This document shows, piece by piece, positions 16,629-30,133 of a DNA stretch of 64,000 nt (the stretch's first letter is position 1; each line of letters begins with the position of its first letter). Made by a program: the position numbers and the translations under genes. The stretch is taken from the NCBI RefSeq assembly GCF_009914755.1, contig NC_060941.1. One strand, written 5' to 3'. The notes under the pieces were generated by a model. The model was not told the origin of the DNA. It made no database searches and saw only the letters and a list, made by a program, of their open reading frames with translations. The stretch is from the human T2T-CHM13v2.0 reference genome, Homo sapiens.

Positions 16629-17782
16629 GGGGAGCTAATATAATTATTGATAACATTATTAGTGTCAGCTGTAATTCAGAAAAGACAGTCAATGTTAATA
16701 GTTTAAGATTTCAACCCAAATAGCATCATAAGTTTATACACTGACATAATTTTCTGCTCCAGTAGATGAAATAGAAAAACACAAAACCAGAAAGGTATGG
16801 CAGCTTTACAAAGAAAGCAAACCTCTGTGTGGGTGAAAAAATGCAACAAAAATACTGACAGAATGCTGTGTAGATCTGATGCCATGGACTTGCTGTATTC
16901 CAGGTCATTTTTCATTCTGGAGAATGAAAAAAATGATATCAGTTACTTCCTGGGCCACAGCTTTAAGCAAGCTATGGTACTACACAATGACAAGGCTTTA
17001 GATACTGGTTTTGCAACCAGAGGACTGGAACTGTAATTGTCCTAATACCAACATAGGAGTGGAACTTGAAAGGTCCATTACAGGACCCTGTTTGATACTG
17101 GTGGCCCTGTGAAATAGAGGCAACTGTAAAACTGCTCTATGTGTGTATCCCTGGCTCCCAGTTCAGTTCATAGTGATTAGTGGGGCACTCAGACATATGT
17201 TGAACAAATGAATGGATATGCATGGAGGGTAAACATGTTATTTCAAAATGAGTCTGCAAATCATAATTCTTGAATACTGAAGTGTAATGCTAAGAAAGCA
17301 TTTAACAAAATGGAACAGAAACTTACTTTAAGTTGAAATAGATTTATGAAATTGTCTGAAATATGCTGTAAAAGAAAATCAGTATATTTAGGATGCTCAA
17401 GGAAATAAAGGTATAAATTCAATTAAAACTGAGGAAGAAATAAAGTGGTTGGAAATAGAAGTCTTGGAAATGGAAAAATCATAGCTGTTGATATAAAAGA
17501 CACAACAGACTTGATGTTCTCTAGACTGGAAATAATTGAAGACAAAATTAGGGAAATAGGAGCTGAGACGTTCCCCCAGCATGGCACAGATTATATGAAA
17601 AGCAGTGAAGAATCAGAACAGATTGCAGAGTTAGAGGTTCTAAGATGCATGTAATGGAAATAAAGAAGGCAACTCTGAAAGTGGAGAAGCAATGTTTACA
17701 GAGATCATAGGGGAAAGAAAACATTTGAGAACTGATTTAGTATAGGTTTTCAGATTGAAAGTGAAGTCTCTTTATCATGTAG

Positions 17783-17988
17783 GATAAACAAAGGTATAAG
17801 CTTAAAGGTAAATTTAAATATAAATTTAAAAGTAAATTTTAATTGATATTCTGTAGTTTTGCTTCAGTGCATAAATGATAAACAAAGGTATAAATTTACC
17901 TTTTAAATTTATATTTAAATTTACCTTTAAATTTATACCTTTGTTTATCATCATTTATGTATTGAAGCAAAATTACCGAGCAATATCA
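17783..17988. repeat. Interleaved inverted repeats
   Basis: 17783-17839 is the reverse complement of 17892-17949; 17844-17898 is approximately the reverse complement of 17928-17988. Confidence 0.92.
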
Positions 17989-18215
17989 GGAAGAGAAAAC
18001 AGATTATCTGTTAAGGATTGATAATAAGACTAACAGCAGATTTGTTCCCAGCCACAATAGTTGCAGGAAAAAGTGGAGTCACAGCACCAGAGTGCTGAGG
18101 GAAAATAATTGTCAGCCTGGTCCTAAAGTTTTAGACTCAGACACTCAAATATTCACAGTAAGGAAGAAATACAGTTTTAGGAATGGGAAGACTGAGCACT
18201 TACAATTTATAGACT

Positions 18216-18633
18216 GCTTTGATCCTTGAATGGTGTGGAGGTTAGGGATGCTGACCCCCTGTACAGTCAAAAATCCGCATATAACTTTTGATTACCCCAA
18301 AACTTGACTACTAACAAATAGCCTACTGTCAACCAGAAGCCTTACTGATAACATAGTTAACATATATTTTGTATATGTATTATATACTGTATTATTACAA
18401 TGAAGTAAGCTAGAGAAAAGAAAATGTTATTAAGAAAATCATAAGGAAGAGAAAATATATTATTTATGAAGTGGAAGTGGATCATCATAAAGATCTTCAT
18501 CCTTGTCTTCACATTGAATAGACTGAGGAAGAGGAGGAGTTGGTCTTGCTATCTCGGGTGGCAGAGGCAGAAGAAAAATCCATGTATAAGTGGATTTGTA
18601 CAGTTGAAATCTGTGTTGCTCAAGGGCCATCTG
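18216..18633 (-). mobile_element. Tigger2a-like DNA transposon
   Basis: aagtggaagtggatcatcataaag...tgttgctcaagggccatctg followed by TA. Confidence 0.85.
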
Positions 18634-18670
18634 TACTTGACCAAGAAGAGAAGTTAACCCAGAAGAAGGA

Positions 18671-19064
18671 TGTCACAGGTTGGATGCCTGGAAAGCAGGC
18701 TTTTGAGACAGAGATAAGAATGTAGGAAGTTGACTAGGTAGTGATCTTGGGATCAACACTACCAATGAGAAGGAAACGAGATTGGGCAGAAGAAGTTCAG
18801 TTGCAGTGCCATGTCATTGAAGGCCTCAGCCAACTCTGTGTTGACCTGCCTTGGAATGAGGGTCTTGGATTTTTATTCACTTTTGTGGATCAGTCATTAG
18901 AGATGGACTGTCCCAGGAGGGCTAAGGTGGCTGTCTTTAGCTGTGGTAATCCTGAAGAGGCCGATAGTAAAGGGTTGTCTGCTGGCGGCTTGCCCCACAG
19001 TGGAAGAATAAGTCCTTCCTTCTTAAAGAGGGAATCTACATAGCACATTGCAGTATCTGTTACA
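18671..19064 (-). mobile_element. LTR33-like ERVL solo LTR
   Basis: cttgggatcaacac...gattgggcaga; TG...CA ends; flanks GAAGGA/GAAGGT. Confidence 0.65.
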
Positions 19065-19846
19065 GAAGGTGTGGGATATGGAAAACAGCAATGAGTTTAG
19101 AAAGAGGTGAACTATGTTACCCATATTAATTCATGTTTGATAGTAAAATATTAATTGAGGTTGGAAGGGAATGGTGATTAAGATATGGGCCAAGATAGAT
19201 GAGGTAAATATAAACAAAATGAAAATACTTTTGGCAGCTTTAATTAGGCAAGGTAGAATTCAAGGAGAAAATGTCAACAGAGCAGACATTTTTATATACT
19301 GATGTAGTCTTCAGTGAAGTTATATTGTTTTAAACTTTTGGACCAAAGAACATATTGAGATACAGAGTATAAACTTTTTTAAAACTTAAGGATAAATTGA
19401 TAAAAATGTATATGTAATTTATCTCCCAGAATTACTTGATTGCTGGTTTCTCTTGGGTAGTATCTGCATAAATATCTGTCTACTTATTTATTTACATTTA
19501 GAAAAGCATATATGTACACAAATAATTTTATACTTATAAAACATTTATATATTTAACTGTAGTATTCTGTGTAGCTATGCCATAATTTAGTCAATTTTCA
19601 AGAATTAATATTTTTTCTAATTTTTAACTAATCATCCTACACTGACTATCCTAGAGATAAATCTTCAGATTATAGACTCACAATTTTTTGTATGTGCTTT
19701 TACTGTGTTTAGCAGGCTGTCTGCGTTGTTACTTTGGATCTGAAGGAAAGAACTATTTCATTATTTGTAATATTTCATCTGTGAAAAGAAAAATACTTAG
19801 GCAAATGAATCTACATTTTAATAATGTTATTTTTATGTTATTTTAG

Positions 19847-19892
19847 CCTTACGAAGGATGAATCCAAAAGGCCAAAGTATAAAGAGCTTCTG
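19847..19892 (+). CDS. MAP2K4: MAP2K4 exon 10 (46 nt; ~C347-L362)
   Basis: ttttag|CCTTACG...CTTCTG|gtgagt; completes the split TG/C codon; (C)LTKDESKRPKYKELL. Confidence 0.97.
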
Positions 19893-21155
19893 GTGAGTGT
19901 GGGACTGTGGGGATTGTAGGTACATCCTAACCCCGGAACTCTCTTAACATGCTGGTTCACTAAGCAAGCAGTGGGCCTCTCTGTCATAAACAAACATCTC
20001 AAATTTATTGAGTGTTTTTTGTTAATGTTTTTACACAAAGATTTGGAAAGAGAAAATTTGCAGTTATAATTTTTCTACTAATACTAGCTAAATTCTCATG
20101 GAAAATTTTGGTCTTAACATGTTATAAAAATTACCCCCAAAGAATTCTGACTTTAAGAAGCCATTTTCCACTGCATAGTCTATTTATATGGGATGCAGCC
20201 ATAAGAAAAAAATTAGTGAAAAGTTTGTGTTTATTCTGCCTTTATAAAATTCATGCAAATTTACATCATATAGCCTATTCCCATTTCTTTGAAAGTTCTC
20301 ATTCATCCCATGGAACTTGGGTGTTTTAAGCAGTCTACTGGGTATGGCATTGGTGGGGCAGGGAGAAAGTGTTGTGATCTAATAATGTGGGAATATTTTA
20401 AGAAAAGATCCATTTGTTTGTCACATTTAACTACTAGCTCTTCAAGGATGTTGTGACAAACTTATATCACAGTCCACCAATGACTGTAAAAATATCTAGT
20501 CAACATACTTAGTCTGTAAAAGAAAACTGTTGCTAGAGATGGAGTTTTAAAAGGTGGGTTAGTGAAGCAGATACTGGGACCCTGGCTCTGGAGAGTACAG
20601 GGAAGAAGCTCCTGGGGCAAATTTCTCTTGGGCCTCTTTTGGTCAAAAGAATTACAGCCTTTTTGTTAAAAGGTCAAAAGAAGAGGTCAAAAGGATTGCG
20701 ACCTTTTTGTAAAAAGGTCCTCCTGTTGTATATAGGAGAAATGGAGGTTGAGATTTATATTGGTGTCCCAAGAGGAATAGTGACTGGCATTTGCGTCATT
20801 CTTCTTAGCTCTTAGATGGTGTGGTGGAGGCTCCAGCTATGTTTTGTGCTGAGTGACAACTTGGCTGTCTTCCTCAACAAACACTCCCTGGTATACAGAT
20901 GAGTTTCCAGACCTCACTGCCAAGGTGGCACCTTCAGATCATTACCACGTATCCTCTCTCTAGGCATGCCCATGCCCATTAGCATATCTGCATGGAATAA
21001 AGGCTGTACTCGCCTCTCTGAACTTGTAGTGTTGCGGTATTTCATAGCTATGTGTGGTTGGGAGCCTGGAGTTCTATGTTCTATAGAAATTGGAAAATGT
21101 TCAGTTTGGGCTGTCATACAAACTTTTGACTTTTTTGTTTTCAATTTTCTTGCAG

Positions 21156-21269
21156 AAACATCCCTTTATTTTGATGTATGAAGAACGTGCCGTTGAGGTC
21201 GCATGCTATGTTTGTAAAATCCTGGATCAAATGCCAGCTACTCCCAGCTCTCCCATGTATGTCGATTGA
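21156..21269 (+). CDS. MAP2K4: MAP2K4 terminal exon 11, coding part (~K363-D399, TGA stop)
   Basis: ttgcag|AAACAT...; KHPFILMYEERAVEVACYVCKILDQMPATPSSPMYVD*; includes the C-terminal MAP3K-docking (DVD) region. Confidence 0.98.
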   Translation, partial: KHPFILMYEERAVEVACYVCKILDQMPATPSSPMYVD

Positions 21270-23745
21270 TATCGCTGCTACATCAGACTCTAGAAAAAAG
21301 GGCTGAGAGGAAGCAAGACGTAAAGAATTTTCATCCCGTATCACAGTGTTTTTATTGCTCGCCCAGACACCATGTGCAATAAGATTGGTGTTCGTTTCCA
21401 TCATGTCTGTATACTCCTGTCACCTAGAACGTGCATCCTTGTAATACCTGATTGATCACACAGTGTTAGTGCTGGTCAGAGAGACCTCATCCTGCTCTTT
21501 TGTGATGAACATATTCATGAAATGTGGAAGTCAGTACGATCAAGTTGTTGACTGTGATTAGATCACATCTTAAATTCATTTCTAGACTCAAAACCTGGAG
21601 ATGCAGCTACTGGAATGGTGTTTTGTCAGACTTCCAAATCCTGGAAGGACACAGTGATGAATGTACTATGTCTGAACATAGAAACTCGGGCTTGAGTGAG
21701 AAGAGCTTGCACAGCCAACGAGACACATTGCCTTCTGGAGCTGGGAGACAAAGGAGGAATTTACTTTCTTCACCAAGTGCAATAGATTACTGATGTGATA
21801 TTCTGTTGCTTTACAGTTACAGCTGATGTTTGGGGATCGATGTGCTCAGCCAAATTTCCTGTTTGAAATATCATGTTAAATTAGAATGAATTTATCTTTA
21901 CCAAAAACCATGTTGCGTTCAAAGAGGTGAACATTAAAATATAGAGACAGGACAGAATGTGTTCTTTTCTCCTTTACCAGTCCTATTTTTCAATGGGAAG
22001 ACTCAGGAGTCTGCCACTTGTCAAAGAAGGTGCTGATCCTAAGAATTTTTCATTCTCAGAATTCGGTGTGCTGCCAACTTGATGTTCCACCTGCCACAAA
22101 CCACCAGGACTGAAAGAAGAAAACAGTACAGAAGGCAAAGTTTACAGATGTTTTTAATTCTAGTATTTTATCTGGAACAACTTGTAGCAGCTATATATTT
22201 CCCCTTGGTCCCAAGCCTGATACTTTAGCCATCATAACTCACTAACAGGGAGAAGTAGCTAGTAGCAATGTGCCTTGATTGATTAGATAAAGATTTCTAG
22301 TAGGCAGCAAAAGACCAAATCTCAGTTGTTTGCTTCTTGCCATCACTGGTCCAGGTCTTCAGTTTCCGAATCTCTTTCCCTTCCCCTGTGGTCTATTGTC
22401 GCTATGTGACTTGCGCTTAATCCAATATTTTGCCTTTTTTCTATATCAAAAAACCTTTACAGTTAGCAGGGATGTTCCTTACCAAGGATTTTTAGCCCCA
22501 AATCTCTCATATTCGCTAGTGTTTAAAAGGCTAAGAATAGTGGGGCCCAGCCGATGTGGTAGGTGATAAAGAGGCATCTTTTCTAGAGACACATTGGACC
22601 AGATGAGGATCCGAAACGGCAGCCTTTACGTTCATCACCTGCTAGAACCTCTCGTAGTCCATCACCATTTCTTGGCATTGGAATTCTACTGGAAAAAAAT
22701 ACAAAAAGCAAAACAAAACCCTCAGCACTGTTACAAGAGGCCATTTAAGTATCTTGTGCTTCTTCACTTACCCATTAGCCAGGTTCTCATTAGGTTTTGC
22801 TTGGGCCTCCCTGGCACTGAACCTTAGGCTTTGTATGACAGTGAAGCAGCACTGTGAGTGGTTCAAGCACACTGGAATATAAAACAGTCATGGCCTGAGA
22901 TGCAGGTGATGCCATTACAGAACCAAATCGTGGCACGTATTGCTGTGTCTCCTCTCAGAGTGACAGTCATAAATACTGTCAAACAATAAAGGGAGAATGG
23001 TGCTGTTTAAAGTCACATCCCTGTAAATTGCAGAATTCAAAAGTGATTATCTCTTTGATCTACTTGCCTCATTTCCCTATCTTCTCCCCCACGGTATCCT
23101 AAACTTTAGACTTCCCACTGTTCTGAAAGGAGACATTGCTCTATGTCTGCCTTCGACCACAGCAAGCCATCATCCTCCATTGCTCCCGGGGACTCAAGAG
23201 GAATCTGTTTCTCTGCTGTCAACTTCCCATCTGGCTCAGCATAGGGTCACTTTGCCATTATGCAAATGGAGATAAAAGCAATTCTGACTGTCCAGGAGCT
23301 AATCTGACCGTTCTATTGTGTGGATGACCACATAAGAAGGCAATTTTAGTGTATTAATCATAGATTATTATAAACTATAAACTTAAGGGCAAGGAGTTTA
23401 TTACAATGTATCTTTATTAAAACAAAAGGGTGTATAGTGTTCACAAACTGTGAAAATAGTGTAAGAACTGTACATTGTGAGCTCTGGTTATTTTTCTCTT
23501 GTACCATAGAAAAATGTATAAAAATTATCAAAAAGCTAATGTGCAGGGATATTGCCTTATTTGTCTGTAAAAAATGGAGCTCAGTAACATAACTGCTTCT
23601 TGGAGCTTTGGAATATTTTATCCTGTATTCTTGTTTGAATTCCTCCTCTATTTAAGATATATACATGGAATCGAAGTGTTTATGTAATAGTTCTATCCTT
23701 TTGCCTGCAGGTCAGTTGTAATAAATCTAGGATGTGATGATGACT
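21270..23745 (+). other. MAP2K4: MAP2K4 3' UTR (~2.5 kb; end approximate)
   Basis: Unique sequence with no recognisable repeats from the stop codon to AATAAA at 23720; many miRNA seed matches. Confidence 0.88.
23720..23725 (+). terminator. Distal polyadenylation signal AATAAA
   Basis: Upstream TGTA motifs and a downstream U/GU-rich tract (tgactttgtaatttgatttt). Confidence 0.85.
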
Positions 23746-25129
23746 TTGTAATTTGATTTTCTGAAATCAGACCCTGAGAGGGGAAAATCTTAAAGTAAAT
23801 TACATTAAATTATCTGTGCATTTCACACCAGGGAAAATGACCTCCTTTTGGAAGTGTTTTATGGCTGCTTTCTTTTTCTTCTTCCTTCCCATGGCTACCC
23901 TTTTTGCTTATCCTTCTTGAAACCACAGATGTATCTGTTAAGCATAGCTTTGCTTGAACAGGTGTCACAGTCTCTTGAGTTTCTTTGTTTGTTGTCCTGA
24001 CCTGCCCCAGCATTCTTAATGCTAAAGGAAGTGGGTACAGTTCTTCAACCTGTGTCATGGTGGAGAGGTACAACTTATAAGTCTATCTGGGCCCCGTGTA
24101 TGGTTTCCAGCCATGCTCTCCGCTCTTGGTGCTTCAGCTGCCAGGTGAGCATTAGATGTCAGGTTAGATACTGGGTTGGAATCACTCACTGTTACCTTAG
24201 AAGGGTAGGGAGGATTGTGGGTAGAAGACGTCTGGGGGTCAGACATGGGAGGTTTATGGATGAGAGGACAATGGAAGTGAACAAAAAGCCATGGGAGCCT
24301 GAAAACTGTTGGAGAAAAGCACTTTGCGGCTCCAGCACTGAATGTATCTGCTGTACTCTACCTCCTACCAGTGATTGATCAGATAACAGATTCATTGATA
24401 TTATGGTGATTCAGCACCTTGCCCTTGTGCCTGCTCCTAACTGTACCTGAGATACTATTACACAGCCAGATGTGGTATCAAACATTCCCCTGAGAGGGGT
24501 GTGAAAGCAGGAATTCTGGCCTCTCCAGCTAACCTCAGCTGCTAAGGGAAAGGGTACCCATTGGGTTTCAATACTGGCATGAGAGATAGACTACACACTC
24601 CATGTTTCATAGGACACTGCCTTGTATTTGTTCATCTCATTTGATTCCAAATGCATCCCACTAAAATCAAGTGGCTGTATCCCCTTTTAGATACAAGAAA
24701 ACCAAGGTCCGAAGGAGTGAAGTTCTGGCTCAAATAACAGTAGGGAGCAGAGCTGAGATTCAAATTCAAGGCCGTAACACGTACCCTAAGAAGTTCCATT
24801 AATTTAAAAACACTGCTATTAAAGAAGTGTTGTGGAGTTGAGAAGTGGAAGAATGAATATAGTTGAGGATACTCTGTTCATAAACCTGACCAGGGCCTGC
24901 TTTGTTGTTTTGGAAATGAGTTGAAGGCAGAGGTTCTGGGGGCCACAGTGGGGCTTAACATACAAAGTGATCCATACAAAGGCAACTGTGTAATTACCTT
25001 AGAATTAACTAGAGGAACTCTAGGTTGTAATTCTTCAGTGCAAACACCTGAGAATTCAGTGTCATGGACTGAACGTCTCCATTAGCATGATAATGTGGCA
25101 ATCACTGAGAATGAGTAAAGTGCCCTTTC

Positions 25130-25621
<492 letters not shown>

Positions 25622-26507
25622 TTCCCTTTAATTGATTCGATCCAACTGTCTTAGCTGCAGGAGGATAGAGAAAGGACACATAAGGTCTTGAAAGTACCGT
25701 TGGGACACTGGTTACTTTTCTTGGCAGTGTGTAGTGATTATGTGTCTCCATCTCTTGTGCAGGGCTGTCTGCACCAGTCACATCCATTGTTCCTGGGCTT
25801 ATTGCTTGGGATGTGAGGGACAGAGAATCTAAAGGCTTTGTCTTAAACGTACTGGCTTGGTTTTAAATACCTCATTAAGTGGTTGAGGGAAAATGTAATC
25901 TGCAGTAATAACTCTTAGGATGAACTGTAAGAACCACGTCATGGAAAATTGACACTGGACAACATCATAGAAGGAACACCTGTAGAATGGGAAACAGCTT
26001 GTCTTCTGGTAATTTAGTACAGACTGAAGTTATCTTTATATCTTGGTTCTTCCCATCTTTTCGATACGTGAATATCCAGAAATTCTCATCTCAAGCCTTG
26101 AAATCATAAAGATAGTGGTTCAGTATCTGCTTTTGATAACATTTTGTTTTGTTTTTCTGATATGCCAAAATGTATTTATACATCTTAAATGTAAAATGTA
26201 GTCCTGCTATTTAAAACTTGTTAACCCATATAGCATATAGTCACAATTCAGTAATTGTAATGCATGATGAATCAAATTTCTGTCTGCATTTGAAATTTCT
26301 ATCTACATATGCATTCTGCTAAAGAACAGTATTAAGACTTCCAGTTTTTCCTAATTCTTATACAAATTTAATGTGAACACCACTCTTCAAGGAGATAGGA
26401 AGGGTATTCTGTTGCTCCAGTCCTACACATGCGTAACAGTACTAAATAATTAGGTAATTTGCCTAAGGTAATACATCAAGAGGGTATATAGAGCTCAGAT
26501 CTCTTGA

Positions 26508-26816
<309 letters not shown>

Positions 26817-27611
26817 TTGTTAGGATTTTTATGAAACTGTGCTTCCCGTTTGACGATGAATTACAAGGTTTAAAAGCAAAAGATTGATAGTTACATATGA
26901 TTCCTGCCTGCGACACTTATTCTAACCCCTGGAGCCATTTTCCTTTGGAAAATTGCCTTTAGCACATGATTAGAAGCAACATTACTGATCATCTGCTCAC
27001 TTTTAATCCTAAATGGTATTTCACAGTTTAATTTCTTAGTTCATAAGACTTGATCTCAACCCACTTTTGTCTGTTTGTAGAAAGTAAATTCATTTTCAAA
27101 TCATGAACAATAGTTTCATTCAGAAGCAGAAAATGTTAAGAACTTGTTAGGATCAGTTTTTGTTCCTGAAGGTGTCAGGGCCTTTCTTTAAAACTTGCTT
27201 TCTGATAAGTCCTTTCTCTTTCACCTTCCACTTCTAATTAGGGACCAAGTTCTTTGATTATGTTTCTTAATTTTCTCTGGTTCAATTTATTTCTGTCTGT
27301 TTCCATTGCCACTCTCCATTCATTCCTCACCTCTGGTTTTGCTCCCTTTGGACCCATCCCCACTACTGTCCTTAGCCTTTCTAAAGTACTACTCTCATCA
27401 TGTTCTTCTGCTTAAATTCCTTAATTAATCCCTGGGATATGCAAAATGAAGGCCAAACTCATGGTTTTAGATGTAGTGTTATTTAATCCTGAACACATAG
27501 GTAGGACTTATCTTCATCTTAAAGATGAGGAAATGGGCTCACTGTGATTGGTAACTTGCCCACTATTTCACAGCCAAGGAGCAATCTAGAAGGATCAAGA
27601 ATAGGGCATGA

Positions 27612-28040
27612 TAATCAATGAGTGGATAAAGAAATCGTGGTGTGTATATACCATGGAATACTACTCAGTCATAAAAAGGAATGAAGTAATGGCATTTGCA
27701 ACAACCTGGATGGAATTGGAGACCATCATTCTAAGTAACTCAGGAATGGAAAACCAAGCATCATATGTTCTCATAAGTAAGAACTAGGCTATGAGGATGC
27801 AAAGGCATAAGAATGATACAGTGGACTTTGGGGACTCGGAGGAAAGGGGAAAAGATGGGAGTAGGATGAGGGATAAAAGACTACACACTGGGTACAGTGT
27901 ACACTGCTTGGGTCATGGGTGCACCAGAATCTCACAAACCACCACTAAAGAACTTATTCATGTAACCAACCACCACCTGTTCCCCAAAAACCTATTGAAA
28001 TAAAAAAACTAATAAAAATTTCTGTTAAATGTGAAAAAAG
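27612..28040 (+). mobile_element. 5'-truncated L1PB 3' end
   Basis: L1PB-type 3' UTR; perfect TSD GAATAGGGCATGA 27599-27611 / 28041-28053. Confidence 0.9.
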
Positions 28041-29184
28041 GAATAGGGCATGAATCTGAAAAGGTAGACAGTCATATAGGAAATGGTGCATTGTGCCAAT
28101 AATGTTGAACTTTATCTCTTAAGTGCTGGTGAGCCATATGGGATTTTAAGCAAGGAGATGGTTTGATCTGATTTGTATTTTAGACGATTCATTTCAGTGA
28201 CTAGCCTAAAATGGAAGTGGGAAGACTTGGACACCAATTAGAAAACTTGTAATATTTTAGGCAAAAAATGTAAAAAGAGAGGTAAAGTGGTAGAATTGGG
28301 AATGGAGAAAAGAGAATTTTATGAGATACTTTATTGATTCCCAATCAAAAGTGCGGGATAAAGAAGCCTGGAATAGTGTTTTCTGGTTTGAGTGGTTTGA
28401 GTTGTTTTATACCATCTGTTGCACCATTCATAACCTTTCATGGTTTACCAAATCTGCTTTGCTCTTTTATGCCTTCTTGTTGCATAAGCTGGTTCCTTTT
28501 GTCTGGAATTCTTTTTTTTTTTTTTTAACTTGCCTTTTGAAAGCACCTACTCATCTTTTAAGACCTTAGGTTAATGTCAGACAGTTTAGGAACCCTTTCC
28601 CAAGTCTATTCTTTGAGCTCAAGAGAACAGAATATGTATTTCTACATATATTTATGTTACATTTGATCATGTTGAGTTATGGTCATTCATACGTTTCCTT
28701 ATTGTTGGTAATTTGAAGTCAGTCTTAGTCATATTTATGATCCAGTCCTCTAGTCAGCCTAGGCTGTCATATTATGATACTGATTTTCTGTTAGAAAGGC
28801 CACATACACCTGATTTTATCACATTTGTTGAAGATGGCATTTTATTCTATTTAGCTTAGATGATTTTCCCCTAGAATGCAAAATAAATTGGATTAATGTA
28901 TCCATGGCATACTTCTGTTAAATGCAAAGTGAATATGGCTTGTAATTGGGGCTATCCTACCACACAGTCAAAGGTTAGCAATCAAATTTTAGGTATTGTG
29001 TAAACAAAAGTAGTCAATTGTCAGTAGCCATTAAGAAAGTACTAGTGTGTTCCATTTCTGACAGAATGCTAGGTTATATAGTATTAACTATACTCCCAAT
29101 TGGAGTAACTACACTGGCAATTACAAAATGAAAATATTTATTTTTAAATGCTTTTCTGAGCTGGCACAAAAATAAGGAATCTGT

Positions 29185-29536
<352 letters not shown>

Positions 29537-30133
29537 CTAGAAAGTAAATCCATTTCCAAAGCATGAAGAGTTGCTTCAATTGAGGACAGAGAAAAGTTAA
29601 GAATTTGCTAGATCAGCTTTTGTGTCTGAAGATGTCAGGGCCTTTCTTTGAAACTTGCCTAACCAAGTGCCAACAAGTAGGTCTTTCATGCTGAAAGTTT
29701 CTGCTGAACGCTGGGAACCTTGAGCTTTGAGGGATATCTAATAGGAAATCCTCCAATAAAGCTGAGACCCCAAAGGGCTCCATACAAATTGTAAAATAGG
29801 AAAATAAACATTCAATTCATCTCCAATGACAATCTGTTGGAGATGAATTGAAACATCTTTGCCTTCATCTTGGCGTATGTTGGAGGAAATTTCCAAGAAT
29901 CCATAACCACAAGTCAACTTCCATGTGGGTTCATGGTTAAATTCACTATCTCTGTGGTTCAAAACCATCAACCAGAGAATTTAAATGGACCTAGGTTGGT
30001 AGTATGTAGGTGGCCGATAGAAGCAAATAAAAATTATCTTCTGAGAAACTCTCCTTCAATTCAGGCCTCAAAGAATACTACAGGTAAGGTTCAAAGGGAA
30101 ATGAATAGCTCACAGTCAAAAACCACAAACACA

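Noticed and set aside
27078-27089. 3-nt micro-exon AG|AAA|GTAAAT in the duplicated block
   Set aside because: It lies beyond the poly(A) site, the donor is weak, and no host transcript is evident.
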